Part shown: positions 63,717 to 64,000 of the stretch, one piece after another
How the letters are laid out: the number at the start of each line of letters is the position of its first letter
How positions within the stretch are numbered: the first letter of the stretch is position 1
DNA from: a virus
Taxonomy: Duplodnaviria > Caudoviricetes
Reading direction: 5' to 3' (one strand)
Virus record (IMG/VR): IMGVR_UViG_3300034691_000044
Span: 1-64,000 of that record
DNA: 64,000 nucleotides
The notes under the pieces: model-generated
Told to the model about the DNA's origin: nothing
The model's database searches: none
What the model saw: only the letters and a program-made list of their open reading frames with translations
Made by a program: the position numbers and the translations under genes

Positions 63717-64000
63717 ATGTCTACCAAAGACGAAGCTGTCACCGAAGCACAGATCCAGGCCCTCGGCCTTACCAAGGCGCCACGGGTCACCCCTGCCGCT
63801 CTGGACGCCATGATCAAAGAGCAGTCCCTGCTCAAGATCGATGGCCTGGGCATGCTGTGCCAAATCACCCTGCACAACGGCTTCTCTGTCCTGGGCAAAA
63901 ACCTGGGCGCGGTCTCGGCCGAGAACTACAGTGAAGAGCTGGCGAAGAAATTCGCCTACGAGGACGCCCGCAACCAACTGTGGCCGTTCGCCGGTTTCCT
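63717..64000 (+). CDS. Gp49-family / Tad1-like protein (partial, runs off the window)
   Basis: AGGAG RBS; APRVT...D, C.ITLHNGFSV.G...AVSAENYSEELAKKFAYEDARNQLWPFAGF. Confidence 0.75.
   Translation, partial: MSTKDEAVTEAQIQALGLTKAPRVTPAALDAMIKEQSLLKIDGLGMLCQITLHNGFSVLGKNLGAVSAENYSEELAKKFAYEDARNQLWPFAGF

Noticed and set aside
1-64000. tRNA genes, CRISPR arrays, integrase, reverse transcriptase/DGR
   Set aside because: No cloverleaf, regular repeat-spacer array or matching protein motifs seen by eye; a tRNA scan would confirm.

Overview
This window is about 64 kb of an N4-like (Schitoviridae-type) podovirus genome. The host is probably Pseudomonas or a related genus, inferred from gene order resembling Pseudomonas N4-like phages. 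The window is circularly permuted. It opens inside the giant virion RNA polymerase, followed by the minus-strand virion/packaging module (ejection proteins, capsid, portal, terminase; 1-19.1 kb). A strand switch with vRNAP-type C-GAA-G hairpin promoters marks the probable genome end/terminal-repeat region (~19.1-20.2 kb). Plus-strand early and middle genes follow: gp2-like activator, split RNAP II, ClpX-like ATPase, MoxR AAA plus vWA-metallopeptidase, helicase, family A DNA polymerase and dCMP deaminase. Next come a plus-strand holin and a minus-strand spanin/endolysin/tail block, a structured non-coding region, and the nuclease-primase-AAA-SSB replication block. Most notable: (1) 12-13 small, mostly dissimilar early proteins that all end in the same C-terminal motif [VIL]P[ED]x[ILV][KR][LM]Ax[ML][LV], ten of them in a largely translationally coupled array just before RNAP II; (2) a complete group I intron carrying an HNH-AP2 endonuclease that splits the gp44-like AAA gene; (3) a ClpX-like ATPase lacking the IGF loop and aromatic pore loop; (4) a probable sigma70-driven ~80-nt sRNA; (5) a hairpin that occludes the holin RBS; (6) an AT-shifted tract over the DNA polymerase active site next to a free-standing endonuclease; (7) a Tad1/Gp49-like gene at the right edge. 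All family assignments are from recognition of motifs and synteny, without database searches.
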